DNA of 32,000 nt from Raphidiopsis brookii D9 (GCA_000175855.1 ACYB01000031.1:1-32000), one strand, 5' to 3'. Shown: positions 8,266-19,141, counted from the first letter of the stretch. The notes: a model not told the origin generated them from the letters alone. Program-made: numbers and translations.

Positions 8266-11200
8266 CTAATCTATACCTTCAATCCGGTTTTCCACCTCCT
8301 GATACAACTCCCGTAACCTATCTAAATTTTCCTCGCTGGTTTCCCAATAACCACGACCATTGACTTCCAATAGGGTAGAAACTATCTTGCGGAAAGAGTG
8401 AGGATTCAAGTTGAGTAGACGTTTTTGCATTTCCTCATCCTTAATAAAGGTCTCATTAGTTTCCTCATAAACCCAGTTATCCACAGCGCCAGCAGTTGCA
8501 CTCCAACCAGTAGTATTTACTAACCGTTTAGAAAGCTCACGCACTCCTTCATAACCATGAGATAACATTCCCTCATACCATTTAGGATTGAGCATTTTTG
8601 TCCGCGCATCTAAACGTACAGTCTCTGATAAACTTCTCACTTGTGCATTCGCAGTGGTTGTATCAGCAATATAGGATGCTGGTTTCTTTCCATCTCCCCG
8701 CAGACTAGCTACCAACTTGGTGGGATCGGAGTCAAATAAATGAGAAACGTCAGTCAAACTAATTTCCGAGGAGTCGAGATTTTGAAAAGTTGCATCAGCA
8801 GTTTTCAGGGAGTTTTCAAATAACTGACGAGATTCATCCATCACTCCTGGATTATCAGAATTAAAAGAGAAGGATTTGCGCTTCAAATACATTTCTTGTA
8901 ATTCTGCTTCACTATCCCAAGTGCTATTCTCCACCGCTAGGTTAATATTGGAGGAATAGGAACCAGAAGCATTAGAAAACACCCGAGTCGCAGCTTGACG
9001 TAGGTTTATACCCATTTCTTGGGCTTGTTGTAGAGCATGTTTCCTTACATAGTTCATCTCTAAAGGTTCATCAGCTTCAGCGGCCATTTTTACCCCTTGG
9101 TCCAGGAGGTTCATTTGGTTAATGAACAAATCTCGAAATACTCCAGAACAGTTAATAACCACATCTATCCTGGGTCTCCCCAATTCTTCTAGAGGAATCA
9201 ATTCTAATTTGTTGACCCTCCCCAAAGAATCGGGAATGGGTCTTACCCCCACCATCCACATAATTTGTGCCAGGGATTCTCCGTAGGTTTTAATATTATC
9301 CGTACCCCACAGCACACAAGCAATGGTTTCTGGCCACTGACCATTATTTTCTGCTTTATTCCTCTCTAACAATCTATCCACTACAATTTTCGCTGACTGA
9401 ACAGCTGCGGTTGTGGGAATAGCTTGTGGATCTAGGGCGTGTATGTTTTTACCCGTTGGCAATACATCCGGATTGCGAATTGGATCCCCTCCCGGTCCAG
9501 GTAATATATATTCCCCTTCCAGACCTTGTAATAAACCTCCTAGTTCGTTATCTGCACACACTTGTTTCAGACAAAATTCTAAATACTCAAATAGGGGTTT
9601 AAGTGCAGATACATCTACCTTGGTGTAACCTGAGTTATATAGGGATTCCACCCAAGGTTCTTTTTTACCCATGTTGAAGAAATTCAACTTAGAAACTAGA
9701 GAAACCCTACCTTCCGCATCTGTTTGTGCTTGTACTAAAGAACCTACAGCAGCACGGGTAGCCATAGTAATATCCTGTAGTAACTGTACATCACTCAAAA
9801 TACCGCGATCGCTATTTTGGTAAATCTCTTCAAGATCCCTTCCTAAGCTTTGGGCAATAATCCGAGGTAAACTGAGAATCTCTTCTTCTGTCCGATCCAA
9901 GCTAGCAATATTAACTAGGGTAGCAACAGCTTCTTGTGCGGTTGGTGGTTTACCAATCACATGTAAACCACAAGGTAGTAACCTAGATTCTATTTCCATT
10001 AACTTGCGATAGACAATCCCCACCACATTATCCCTGTCTTCTGGGGAGAGATCCTTAGCATCGGTTTCAGGAAGGTCTATGTCCTTATCCAAATTAACAA
10101 TGCGACACTTGTCAATAATCGCATTGACAATAGAAACTCCCCTTCCACTATCCTTCAAGGTTTGATAAGAAGCAATCAACTCACTCAGTTCCTTCAACCC
10201 CTTGTATAAACCGGCATTTTCTGCGGGTGGGGTCAAATAGGAAATAGTTTCTGCATAACTACGCCGCTTGGCAATTGTGGCTTCACTGGGATTATTAGCT
10301 GCGTAATAATACAGATTGGGAATTGTACCAATTAGTTGGTCAGGATAGCAATCTCCCGACATACCCATTTGTTTACCGGGCATAAACTCTAGGGAACCAT
10401 GAGTACCAAAATGCAAAACCGCATCAGCACCCCAAATTCTTTCTAGGTAGGTATAGAAAGCGGCAAAACCGTGGTGAGGACTAGCAGAACGAGAAAATAG
10501 TAAGCGCATTGGGTCACCTTCATAACCAAAGGTAGGTTGGACACCAATAAAAACATTACCGAATTCTTTACCATAAATTAATAGGTTTTGTCCATCACTA
10601 TTTAAATGTCCTGGTGGTGGTCCCCAGTTTTCTTCCAGACGTTCTGAATAGGGTGTGAGGGTCTCATATTCTGACACAGACATTTTATAAGCAATATTCA
10701 GTTCGGGACTGGAATACTGTGCTTGTGCGTCATGAATTACTTGTTCCATCAATTCCTTGGCAGTGTCAGGAATATTCTGTACATCATATCCATTATTTCT
10801 CAATCCTTTGAGAACTTCATGAATAGAACCAAATACATCCAAATAAGCAGCAGTTCCCACATTACCTTTATCAGGGGGAAAGCTAAAAACCGTAATGGCA
10901 ATCTTTTTATCCAATTTTGGTTTACGACGGAGACTAGCCCATTTGAGAGCCCGTTGGGTAACTATCTCCACCCTATCCTGCAGTGCGATCGCCCTTCCTG
11001 TAGCACCATCTTTACCGGAGAGGATAATTGGCTCAATTGCACCATCCAATTCAGGTATGGCAATTTGTAGAGCTACTTGAATGGGATGTAAACCCAAATC
11101 ACTATTTAACCATTCTTCCGTGGTTTGAAACACCAAGGGTAGGGCCACCATATAGGGACGGTTGAGCCGTTTTAATGCTTCTATGGCTTTGGGGTGGTCT

Positions 11201-12252
11201 TGTCTTGCAGGTCCACCTACTAAAGCAAATCCAGTTAAGGATACCACCGCATCCACTAAGGGTCTTTCACTTGTGGGCTCATAGAAATAGGCATTCACAG
11301 GCTTAGAAAAGTCCAATCCTCCAGCAAATACCGGGAGAACCTTAGCACCTAAAGACTCTAATTCTTGCACTATGGCTACATAATGAGCATCATCCCCAGT
11401 CACTAGATGGGTGCGCTGCAATACTAAACCCACACAGGGTGCTAGGGGGTCTTTTAAAGTTTTGGGAATATCTCTACGACTATTATACCAATTGAGATAT
11501 TCCCTCACATCTTCAAACATTGTGGGAGCTAAAGGATGCCAAATCCCCATATCTGGGTAAACTATGGGCGCTTGATATTCAGACTTAACTAGATTTGTTT
11601 TGTCTTCACCTTTCAAAACATATTTATCTGCCAGCATCAGCAAAAAGTTTTCTAGATTTTCTGCTGAACCACCCAACCAATATTGAAAACTCAGCATGAA
11701 ATTTCTTGCATCCTGGGCTTTTTCCATAGGAAGAAATTTCAGTACTTGGGGGAGGGTACGTAATAACTTGAGCATTCCATCTTGAAACCCCGCACCAGAT
11801 TTTTCCTTGCGCTTTTTCATGAAGTTGGCGATAACCCCTTTAGATTGTCCCAACTGTGCCAAGGAAAAACTACCCATTTTATTCAGGCGCATTACTTCAG
11901 GCATAGATGGAAAAACAACCGCTACATCGAAATTATCCCGGTGTGGTGCCACAGCAGTAACCAGTTTCTGTGCTAAATCTTCAATAAATATCAGAGAGGC
12001 GATGAATATATTAGCACCAGCTATATCACGTTTAAATTCTTCATAGTTTTCTGGATTGCGCAGCTCTTCAATTAAATAGCCACTAATTTCAATCCCTATG
12101 GAGGGATGTTTGGCATTAATTTGCCTTACTGCTTGAGATAAGGAACTTTGATATTGAGACTCAAGGACAACATAAACGACCTTGATGAGAGTGCGGTCCC
12201 CTAAATTATCAGGTTCAATATGTCTAATTGTGGATTTCACCTGGGTGAACAT
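8266..12252 (-). CDS. chlH: Magnesium chelatase subunit H
   Basis: 1328 aa; CobN/BchH family protein with '[53 protein letters not shown]', '[62 protein letters not shown]', and ChlH-type N-terminus. Confidence 0.98.
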   Translation of the reverse strand: MFTQVKSTIRHIEPDNLGDRTLIKVVYVVLESQYQSSLSQAVRQINAKHPSIGIEISGYLIEELRNPENYEEFKRDIAGANIFIASLIFIEDLAQKLVTAVAPHRDNFDVAVVFPSMPEVMRLNKMGSFSLAQLGQSKGVIANFMKKRKEKSGAGFQDGMLKLLRTLPQVLKFLPMEKAQDARNFMLSFQYWLGGSAENLENFLLMLADKYVLKGEDKTNLVKSEYQAPIVYPDMGIWHPLAPTMFEDVREYLNWYNSRRDIPKTLKDPLAPCVGLVLQRTHLVTGDDAHYVAIVQELESLGAKVLPVFAGGLDFSKPVNAYFYEPTSERPLVDAVVSLTGFALVGGPARQDHPKAIEALKRLNRPYMVALPLVFQTTEEWLNSDLGLHPIQVALQIAIPELDGAIEPIILSGKDGATGRAIALQDRVEIVTQRALKWASLRRKPKLDKKIAITVFSFPPDKGNVGTAAYLDVFGSIHEVLKGLRNNGYDVQNIPDTAKELMEQVIHDAQAQYSSPELNIAYKMSVSEYETLTPYSERLEENWGPPPGHLNSDGQNLLIYGKEFGNVFIGVQPTFGYEGDPMRLLFSRSASPHHGFAAFYTYLERIWGADAVLHFGTHGSLEFMPGKQMGMSGDCYPDQLIGTIPNLYYYAANNPSEATIAKRRSYAETISYLTPPAENAGLYKGLKELSELIASYQTLKDSGRGVSIVNAIIDKCRIVNLDKDIDLPETDAKDLSPEDRDNVVGIVYRKLMEIESRLLPCGLHVIGKPPTAQEAVATLVNIASLDRTEEEILSLPRIIAQSLGRDLEEIYQNSDRGILSDVQLLQDITMATRAAVGSLVQAQTDAEGRVSLVSKLNFFNMGKKEPWVESLYNSGYTKVDVSALKPLFEYLEFCLKQVCADNELGGLLQGLEGEYILPGPGGDPIRNPDVLPTGKNIHALDPQAIPTTAAVQSAKIVVDRLLERNKAENNGQWPETIACVLWGTDNIKTYGESLAQIMWMVGVRPIPDSLGRVNKLELIPLEELGRPRIDVVINCSGVFRDLFINQMNLLDQGVKMAAEADEPLEMNYVRKHALQQAQEMGINLRQAATRVFSNASGSYSSNINLAVENSTWDSEAELQEMYLKRKSFSFNSDNPGVMDESRQLFENSLKTADATFQNLDSSEISLTDVSHLFDSDPTKLVASLRGDGKKPASYIADTTTANAQVRSLSETVRLDARTKMLNPKWYEGMLSHGYEGVRELSKRLVNTTGWSATAGAVDNWVYEETNETFIKDEEMQKRLLNLNPHSFRKIVSTLLEVNGRGYWETSEENLDRLRELYQEVENRIEGID

Positions 12253-12520
12253 TTAGAAAAGCTCCTTTGATGCGTGTGGTCTGTTGGAAGATCTTCTCTT
12301 CCATTTTCTTAGGCAATTAAGAGTTTTGTACCAGAAAACCCGGGTTGAGTGGGAGTTTTCCTCTGGAACTGAAACAAAATGATATAAAAAACGTAACTAT
12401 TATTAGCAAATCTTAATGATTTAGCAAGACTTTTTCAAATTTGGACTAACCATTACTATATTTTTATTAGTGATTAGATCTCATCTAATTAAGTTAAATT
12501 ATTTATAAGGAAGGTGCTGT

Positions 12521-13141
12521 TTGTCTCCTAGTCATCACTTAACTAAAAAAAATCTGTTTGAGCAGAAAGTAATTATTGCTACTGATGGGAATGTGATACT
12601 GTATCCTGATTTTTTCAGTGTAGAACACTGTAACCAGTTGTTTTGCGAGTTATATGGTAATACTAAGTGGAAACAAGAGATCATTCATTTGTTTGGCAAA
12701 AAAATGCCCATTCCACGACTGACTGCATGGTATGGGGACGAGGGTAAATCCTATACCTACTCTGGAATAGAACAACATCCAGAACCTTGGAATCCTACAT
12801 TGAATTTGATTAAATCTAAAATTGAGGAAATTGTACCAGTTAGATTTAATAGCGTTTTAATTAATCTATATAGAGATGGTAAAGATACTATGGGATGGCA
12901 TAGTGACGATGAACCGGAATTAGGTAAGAATCCTCTGATTGCTTCCATTAGTTTTGGTGCAACTCGCCGCTTTCATTTACGACACAAATATGACAAGAGT
13001 CAAAAGGCTGTGATTGACTTAGAAAGTGGTAGTGTACTGTTAATGCAAGACCAGACCCAGCACTTTTGGCAACATCAAATTGGGAAAACAGCTAAAAAAG
13101 TTCAACCTAGAATTAACTTGACGTTTAGAATCGTTAATTGA
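12521..13141 (+). CDS. AlkB-like alpha-ketoglutarate-dependent dioxygenase (TTG start, RBS AAGGAAGG)
   Basis: 206 aa; 'PRLTAWYGDEGKSYTYSG', 'FNSVLINLYRDGKDTMGWHSDDEPELGKNPLIASISFGATRRFHLRHK', 'HFWQHQIGKTAKKVQPRINLTFR' are the AlkB core with HxD and RxNxTFR motifs. Confidence 0.92.
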   Translation: MSPSHHLTKKNLFEQKVIIATDGNVILYPDFFSVEHCNQLFCELYGNTKWKQEIIHLFGKKMPIPRLTAWYGDEGKSYTYSGIEQHPEPWNPTLNLIKSKIEEIVPVRFNSVLINLYRDGKDTMGWHSDDEPELGKNPLIASISFGATRRFHLRHKYDKSQKAVIDLESGSVLLMQDQTQHFWQHQIGKTAKKVQPRINLTFRIVN

Positions 13142-13146
13142 TATTC

Positions 13147-13164
13147 CCACCAATGCATTGGTGG
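13147..13164 (+). terminator. Perfect 18-bp palindrome CCACCAATGCATTGGTGG just after the AlkB-like stop codon
   Basis: CCACCAATG/CATTGGTGG, starting 5 nt after the ORF end at 13141; no T-tract immediately downstream, so terminator function is inferred from position only. Confidence 0.35.
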
Positions 13165-13278
13165 ATTAGATCACGTAAAGTTTTTTGTACTTTTTAGCTG
13201 GGGATCATTTTTGGTTGTTAGTATGTGTGCGGGTGTGCTTAGGTATCCTAACTTAAAATCTATTAAAACCTAACTGTT

Positions 13279-13605
13279 ATGTTGATTATCAATCATTACT
13301 ATATCGAATGGATTGAGGACTGGTGCACGGAAAATGGTTGGACTGATTTATTTGTAGAACGTCGTGGTAACTATTGGGCTTTTCCTCCAGGTTGTGTAAT
13401 TCCAGAGCCCATTCCTATAGACACTTTGAAATTAATTAAACAGAAAAATGGTGCTACTAATGAGGAAGTATTAATATCAGTTGTTGCATTATTTATTACT
13501 CTTTTATGTATAATTTGGGCATTTATTTGTATGTCTCCCATGCCCCTAGTTGTTGCTTTTGCTTTTGATGCAGTGACAGTTGCACAATTAGAAATAGAAG
13601 AGTAG
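13279..13605 (+). CDS. Small conserved-looking hypothetical membrane protein
   Basis: 108 aa; soluble N-terminus 'YYIEWIEDWCTENGWTDLFVERRGNYWAFPPGCVIPEPIP' followed by hydrophobic stretches near 'VLISVVALFITLLCIIWAFICMSPMPLVVAFAFDA'. Confidence 0.6.
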   Translation: MLIINHYYIEWIEDWCTENGWTDLFVERRGNYWAFPPGCVIPEPIPIDTLKLIKQKNGATNEEVLISVVALFITLLCIIWAFICMSPMPLVVAFAFDAVTVAQLEIEE

Positions 13606-13624
13606 AGGAGTTTTGATTATCACA

Positions 13625-15550
13625 TTAGTTATTGTTGTTATTAATTCTTTGCCGAAACTCAAATCTCTCTCCCAACTGTTCTATGGTTAAATCCTGAGTC
13701 CAGTATTCTATTAAAGAATAACCTAAAGACCAAGCACCTTGCTGGGGTGTGCCAGAATTTTCGAGCAAAAAAGGCCAAAGGGATAATAAATCAAATTCCC
13801 TTGTTTTTCTTCCATCCTCTTGGACTGTATGGAGTAGTTTAAATAAATCATAAGACATTTGTAATTTACCAATTACCACAGGTAATTGTTCCACGGGGAT
13901 TTTTTCTGCTAAAATATGAGCCAGAGCAGGTGAACCCGTGGATAAGGTAGCAACAAATTGCAAAATAGGGTTTTTTAAGAAGCTGGTAATTCCCTGAGTA
14001 GTTGTCATTTGAAAGCTGTAGTGATCAATAATTGTTGCTGCTTGGGCAATCCGGGTTTCTAAGTTACGCAAAAAGCGGGATAATCTTAACTGCTTTGCTG
14101 GGTCTATAACTGATAACAGTCCATCAGACAATTCTTCTAAATTCCAACCACAACGTTTAGTTTTCGGGTCATCAGTCACTAATGGCAAAACCAAGTGAGA
14201 TCCATTAATCAAGACTGGTTTGAATTTTTGTTCTCGGTATAATACCGCTTCTCTAATTGCGATTTCCTTGAGTTTATTTCCACTGCGCCAATTATAGGGA
14301 GGTTGCCATTCCCTAATTGGACGTAGTTTATCCACTTGGGTAACCACAGCAATGATTGGTAAATCAGTCACTTGCTTTTGCATATCTTCCAAAAAATCTA
14401 CATCCACTTGCAAAGCAGGATCCAGCGCAGGACTTACTAATAGAAGTAAATCTGCTTTTTTTCCATAATCCATCACTAAGTCCCGAAAATCTTGACGGTT
14501 TACCTGTTCATAACCAGGAGTGTCACAAAGTTCGACTATTTCACCACTTTCTGTTTGCCAATTATAAGTTGTTATTTTGTCCGTACTTGGCAAAACATCA
14601 ACTTCAGCTATTTCACTGGCAAAAATGGTATTAATTACACTACTTTTTCCAGCACCATTACGCCCCGCAATCAAAATATTGAGAGGGGTTTTTTCCAGCT
14701 TTTCTGGTGAATGAGCTTGCTGAATAATATCCCGCAAGGTTTGAGTTTTAGCTTCTGGTAATTCAGAAATCATTAATTCCATTTTTACCCCACCATATAG
14801 AACAACTGCTTGTTGACATAAGTTCCTCAAGGTGGCTTCTCTTAATATTTGATTCAGATTAATTAATAATTCTTGTGTAGCCCTATTATTGAGATTATCA
14901 GTAGCTTTTTTGGCTATAGCTCCCACAGGATTTAAAAACAACTGGGCAATATCCCACACCTGGAAAAGTTTCTTGGCAGTAGGTTCTAATTGACGATACA
15001 CTTCATAGCTTTGATAAACTTTCCCCACACTCACCTGATTTAAAACCGGGGATAATTTTTGCATCCATTTATCCATATCATCCACCGTACCACGAATTAA
15101 TCCATATACTTGGGGAATGTAAATACTTAACAAGGGATATTTCACTTCTGGGTTATATATATGGGCAATCCCCACTACTAAATCTTGACATCTTTGCCAG
15201 AAAGTTTGTAAGTCCTCCCAAATAGCAAGATCATTTTTACCATCATTTAGAACTTTTTGTAATATCCTTTCTACCTGTTCACTTTTTTCTTTCTCTGGAG
15301 ACCAATTCAGAGCCAATTCTTTTTTAACCTGGTCAAACACACTCTCAATTTGATTATTCATTGATTTGGTCAACTTCACCAATAACCAACGCCAACCAGT
15401 AAACATTAATATGAATATACCCCAAATCCAATTCAACCCCCAATTGTTAATTTGTATTCCTGCAGCAATAAGTACAAAAGCAATGATTAATGCTATAGGC
15501 GATATTAATACCAACCATTGCCAAAATTTTAAACGATTCATAAAAACCAC
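13625..15550 (-). CDS. Membrane-anchored dynamin-like / Era-type GTPase
   Basis: 641 aa; two N-terminal hydrophobic segments, G1 'AGRNGAGKSSVIN', G3 'DTPG', G4 'TQVDK'; long helical flanks. Confidence 0.8.
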   Translation of the reverse strand: MVFMNRLKFWQWLVLISPIALIIAFVLIAAGIQINNWGLNWIWGIFILMFTGWRWLLVKLTKSMNNQIESVFDQVKKELALNWSPEKEKSEQVERILQKVLNDGKNDLAIWEDLQTFWQRCQDLVVGIAHIYNPEVKYPLLSIYIPQVYGLIRGTVDDMDKWMQKLSPVLNQVSVGKVYQSYEVYRQLEPTAKKLFQVWDIAQLFLNPVGAIAKKATDNLNNRATQELLINLNQILREATLRNLCQQAVVLYGGVKMELMISELPEAKTQTLRDIIQQAHSPEKLEKTPLNILIAGRNGAGKSSVINTIFASEIAEVDVLPSTDKITTYNWQTESGEIVELCDTPGYEQVNRQDFRDLVMDYGKKADLLLLVSPALDPALQVDVDFLEDMQKQVTDLPIIAVVTQVDKLRPIREWQPPYNWRSGNKLKEIAIREAVLYREQKFKPVLINGSHLVLPLVTDDPKTKRCGWNLEELSDGLLSVIDPAKQLRLSRFLRNLETRIAQAATIIDHYSFQMTTTQGITSFLKNPILQFVATLSTGSPALAHILAEKIPVEQLPVVIGKLQMSYDLFKLLHTVQEDGRKTREFDLLSLWPFLLENSGTPQQGAWSLGYSLIEYWTQDLTIEQLGERFEFRQRINNNNN

Positions 15551-15658
15551 TTATTTTTATTAATACCTTTGCCAATTTTCCAAATATAGGGCTGAAACCC
15601 AATAAAATCGTCACGATATCAATACGGGTTGAGAATTTTGGCAGCAGTATTGTTTTAT

Positions 15659-16174
15659 TTATTGTCTAATAGAAGCTCCCAGAATCTCCGAGATCCAAAC
15701 TTCTAAATTGTGAATAGAACAACCACGCAAAACAGTACCCTCATGAACCATAGGTTCCACCAAGATAGTAAACATTCCCAACCGGTTACCAGCAACTACA
15801 TCAGTAAATAGGCGATCGCCTACCATAGCAACCTGATTAACAGACAAGTTCATTTCCCGTAGTGCTGATCTAATTTTACGTCGTGAAGGTTTGGCCGCAC
15901 CTAGGTAGTAGGGTAGATTTAAAGAGTTAGCAATAGAGCTAATGCGGGGTTGACTCAAATTATTACTCACCAACCATAATGCTGCATATTGTCTTATTTC
16001 CATGACCCACTGTTCTAATTCTGGGGAGACGGAGTTAGCAGTTATAGGTACTAGGGTATCATCAACATCTAGAATGAGTCCTTTGAGTCCATATTGTTGA
16101 ATGATACTCGGTGTTAGATTTAAAATCGGACCGTGTAAAATCAAATCTGGTTGTAAGATTTCACTCCAAATCAT
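15659..16174 (-). CDS. YqeG family HAD (IIIA-type) phosphatase
   Basis: 171 aa; 'IKGLILDVDDTLVP', 'WLVSNNLSQPRI', 'AKPSRRKIRSAL', 'VAMVGDRLFTDVVAGNRLGMFTILVEP'. Confidence 0.93.
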   Translation of the reverse strand: MIWSEILQPDLILHGPILNLTPSIIQQYGLKGLILDVDDTLVPITANSVSPELEQWVMEIRQYAALWLVSNNLSQPRISSIANSLNLPYYLGAAKPSRRKIRSALREMNLSVNQVAMVGDRLFTDVVAGNRLGMFTILVEPMVHEGTVLRGCSIHNLEVWISEILGASIRQ

Positions 16175-16285
16175 GGCTTCTTCAAATGAGTGGACTGGGA
16201 AAATATAGCTCGAGATTATTTATGCTAAAGCCTAACTGGGGAAGCCTCAAATGGGCTGATTTTAATTTCTACTTCCCCAGGTCGA

Positions 16286-16861
16286 CTATTCGACTGTATC
16301 AAACAGGTATTCTTCCAAGAGGGGCTGAACCTGATTAAACTCCTCTGGGGAAAGCAACTGAGGTTTACCACTCTGAGTCTTTCTGGCAAAAAATAGGAGT
16401 GGATCAATAGGTGTGTAGATTTCGTACTCTTGGTCTTCGTAATAGAAATTGGTCAGCAGTTGTAATTGCTCTGGTTCTGTTTCTTGTTCTTCCTCACCCT
16501 CAATTTCTAGGGTCAAGATCTCAGATTCTTCCACTAGTGGTAGCTCACCAGTTACGGTCAAAGCGTAGGCAGTGTTTTTTAAAGTTAAATTCTGCTCAGA
16601 TAGGACAGCCTGAGCAGTGCTGAAAATCCGATCAATTGTTTGATCATCTTCTACTAAATTTGCTTCTTCTTCGTCTCCATAACCCTCCCAAGCAAAAATT
16701 TGTATGGGAGAGTCCACGGGTAAAAGCAAAATATACTCTTGACCTTCTATCTCAAAGGAATTCTCTATATAACACTCGAGCGATCGCCCTTTTTCATCTG
16801 TTAAGGTAATCAATTCAGCATCAGCACGGTCATTTTCTTCAGAAAAGTCAGAGGAATACAT
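16286..16861 (-). CDS. DUF3727 domain-containing protein
   Basis: 191 aa acidic protein 'LITLTDEKGRSLECYIENSFEIEGQEYILLLPVDSPIQIFAWEG'; located between YqeG and RuvX as expected for this cyanobacterial family. Confidence 0.8.
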   Translation of the reverse strand: MYSSDFSEENDRADAELITLTDEKGRSLECYIENSFEIEGQEYILLLPVDSPIQIFAWEGYGDEEEANLVEDDQTIDRIFSTAQAVLSEQNLTLKNTAYALTVTGELPLVEESEILTLEIEGEEEQETEPEQLQLLTNFYYEDQEYEIYTPIDPLLFFARKTQSGKPQLLSPEEFNQVQPLLEEYLFDTVE

Positions 16862-17007
16862 AGTTACACAATCTAAATTTATTAATACTCAAATGCACTA
16901 GAATGATTCAACTACATGACAAGCCAAAAAGCCGAATACAGTATTGAGTAATAGTCTTGAGGATATCACCTTTAAAGGTACTAGAACAAGAAAAAATCCC
17001 ACTTAGG

Positions 17008-17523
17008 TTATAGTTCACTTTGGTTTGTTATATCTTGCGAAGTTCTTAACCTTCTATCATCTAACCACTGCTGTAAGATTATGGATGCTGCTTTGCGGTC
17101 CACTAAACCCCTATTATAGGATGGTGAGCGATTTTCTGCTAGGAGCATTTGCTCAGCTTGAAAAGAGGTTAATCGCTCATCCACATACTCCACGGGTAAC
17201 CCCAGAGTTTTCGCTAGTCTATTAGCAAACTTCTGGATTCGACGCGCTTGCTCTCCTATAGAACCGTCCCTGGAGTATGGTATACCAACGACTAAAATTT
17301 GCACTCGTCGCTTTTCTACCAGTCCTTGTATTTCCTGTAAATCTTCCACAAAGGACTTGCGTTGGATTGTAGTTATCCCTGTAGCAATTAGTCCGGTACC
17401 ATCGCAACCAGCAACACCCACTCGCTTACTACCCACATCTAGACCCAGAGCGGATACAAAATATCTTGACTGGGATTCAACCACTACTCTAATTATTCTC
17501 CTGTGGTGGTTCTGATGGCTCAA
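17008..17523 (-). CDS. ruvX: Putative pre-16S rRNA nuclease / Holliday junction resolvase RuvX (YqgF)
   Basis: 'ALGLDVGSKRVGVAGCDGTGLIATGITTI', 'VVGIPYSRDGSIGEQARRIQKFANRLAKTLGLPVEYVDERLTSFQAEQML', 'VDRKAASIILQQWLD'. The ORF-track start (TTG at 17523) is probably too early; GTG at 17484 is preceded by AGGAG and avoids overlap with the upstream gene. Confidence 0.93.
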   Translation of the reverse strand: MSHQNHHRRIIRVVVESQSRYFVSALGLDVGSKRVGVAGCDGTGLIATGITTIQRKSFVEDLQEIQGLVEKRRVQILVVGIPYSRDGSIGEQARRIQKFANRLAKTLGLPVEYVDERLTSFQAEQMLLAENRSPSYNRGLVDRKAASIILQQWLDDRRLRTSQDITNQSEL

Positions 17524-18670
17524 TTGTCAGGGCGACCATTTCTGATTTGCCCATGGTTACCTCAGGAACAGGTGGCGATTTAGGAACCCAGGACATACCA
17601 CCAGGAATGGGTTTACGTGAAGGTTGTAGTCCCTGAAGCACCTCCGTCCACTGAATACCTTCCAGCGAGACAAATTTGGACTCCCGGATTTTATGCCACA
17701 CGGAGCGAGACATAATCAAGGTGTGTTCAATCCTCTGGGCACCAATATTCTCCAGGTATTGTTCCCTTTCTGGTTGGTAATCGGATGACGCTAATTTTAG
17801 ACTCTGTTGGGGAAAATCTTGACTAATACGGGCCAATTGAGATAATAATTCTGGATATAACCAGGTATAAGCCGGATGAACTGTTAGGGTGGCTACATGA
17901 GGACTAGTTCCTTTTCTGTCTAATTGCAATTCAAAGTAACCAATTGCCGCTTTACGCTGAGGTTCAAATACATAGGCGCTCACTACCTCTGTCTGCTCTA
18001 CCCATTGTTTGATAGCATCACCAATTATATCAAATAAGCTAGTTTTAAAATCATGCGTGTGGCGATCAAATACCTGTCTCACCAAAGGGGGCATGGATGC
18101 CGTATCTAACTGGTACAGTAGGGGCGCATCCGCATTACTAACTGGTAGGAGATTAGGTAAATCCGGTTCAGCTTGTGCTAACTCTTGTAACAGCTCTGGT
18201 TTAATTTCCCAATAGGTGGTTTCTGCTAAACGCTGAAATCCATTTTGACGATAAAGTGCCAAAGCATTCACATCATTAATGTTTACTTCTAATATCCACA
18301 TGCGAGCTTCTAAAATTGATTCAAAGCAGTGGCGCAGTAATTGGGAACCTATACCTAATTTATCAGCGCAGGGATCTAAAATGACCTGGTCAACATGCCA
18401 GGTGCTGCGGGTGCGATTGAAAGGGGAAACCTGAATTATGCCTAGCAACTTACGACCGCGCTCCGCTACAAATTGACGGAAACGATGTTGCCATGGGTTG
18501 GGGAAGCAGTTTAAAAATTCCAGCACTCCAAACCAGCGACCTAGCCACTGCATGCCAAAAAGACCACACTTGGGAGGGACTTCCTGTCTCAGACGTTCAA
18601 GACCGTCTAGATCCCTATATTGTATGGGACGAATTATCAGTTCCAGATTTGGAGGAAGTAGTGAGTTCAT
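17489..18670 (-). CDS. GNAT-family N-acetyltransferase with apparent second GNAT-like half
   Basis: 393 aa; N-terminal 'VDQVILDPCADKLGIGSQLLRHCFESILEARMWILEVNINDVNALALYRQNGFQRLAETTYW' is a GNAT motif A/B; C-terminal 'ATLTVHPAYTWLYPELLSQLAR...EREQYLENIGAQRIEHTLIMSR' is reminiscent of a second, degenerate GNAT domain. Confidence 0.82.
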   Translation of the reverse strand: MNSLLPPNLELIIRPIQYRDLDGLERLRQEVPPKCGLFGMQWLGRWFGVLEFLNCFPNPWQHRFRQFVAERGRKLLGIIQVSPFNRTRSTWHVDQVILDPCADKLGIGSQLLRHCFESILEARMWILEVNINDVNALALYRQNGFQRLAETTYWEIKPELLQELAQAEPDLPNLLPVSNADAPLLYQLDTASMPPLVRQVFDRHTHDFKTSLFDIIGDAIKQWVEQTEVVSAYVFEPQRKAAIGYFELQLDRKGTSPHVATLTVHPAYTWLYPELLSQLARISQDFPQQSLKLASSDYQPEREQYLENIGAQRIEHTLIMSRSVWHKIRESKFVSLEGIQWTEVLQGLQPSRKPIPGGMSWVPKSPPVPEVTMGKSEMVALTIEPSEPPQENN

Positions 18671-18821
18671 TTCGATTTAAAAGGATTATATCCAGACCTA
18701 ATAAGCTGGCTTCACGCTACCAATAGGAAAAAAATTGCCGAACGCTTGCCAATTGTAGCACTTTTGTTAGTTTTTTATGCCAACCCAGGGCGTTGGGCAA
18801 TTTTCTCCTGAAAATTGTTGG

Positions 18822-19052
18822 TTAAAATGCTTGACGAGAAGCCATTTTTTCAAAGCAGGCTTGGGTTTGATGAAGTAATTGCTGGCGGCTATCTTGCTGA
18901 ACGTGTTTGAGAGTAGGAACCAAATTGCGAGCTTGTAGGGTCATGTGTAGCTGTAAATGGGCTACGTATTCACTAATATCCTGGCTTTCATTTTCTGCAG
19001 CAGTTCTTGTTAATACTTTTGATTCCATGACCACTTTTTTCTCCTTGAGCAA
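18822..19052 (-). CDS. Small hypothetical protein
   Basis: 76 aa, helical-looking; isolated between the GNAT gene and the prenyltransferase gene; supported only by an open frame. Confidence 0.4.
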   Translation of the reverse strand: MLKEKKVVMESKVLTRTAAENESQDISEYVAHLQLHMTLQARNLVPTLKHVQQDSRQQLLHQTQACFEKMASRQAF

Positions 19053-19141
19053 TACCGCTAGATTTTAATACATAATCATAACCTATCACATTGTTTTACT
19101 TAGCTTATTGATTTGCAATCAACCTTAACATTTGGGTTTAT

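Noticed and set aside
9413-12046. Plus-strand ORFs inside chlH (9413, 10723, 10895, 11782, 11807)
   Set aside because: They are shadows of a 1328-aa conserved gene with no independent evidence.
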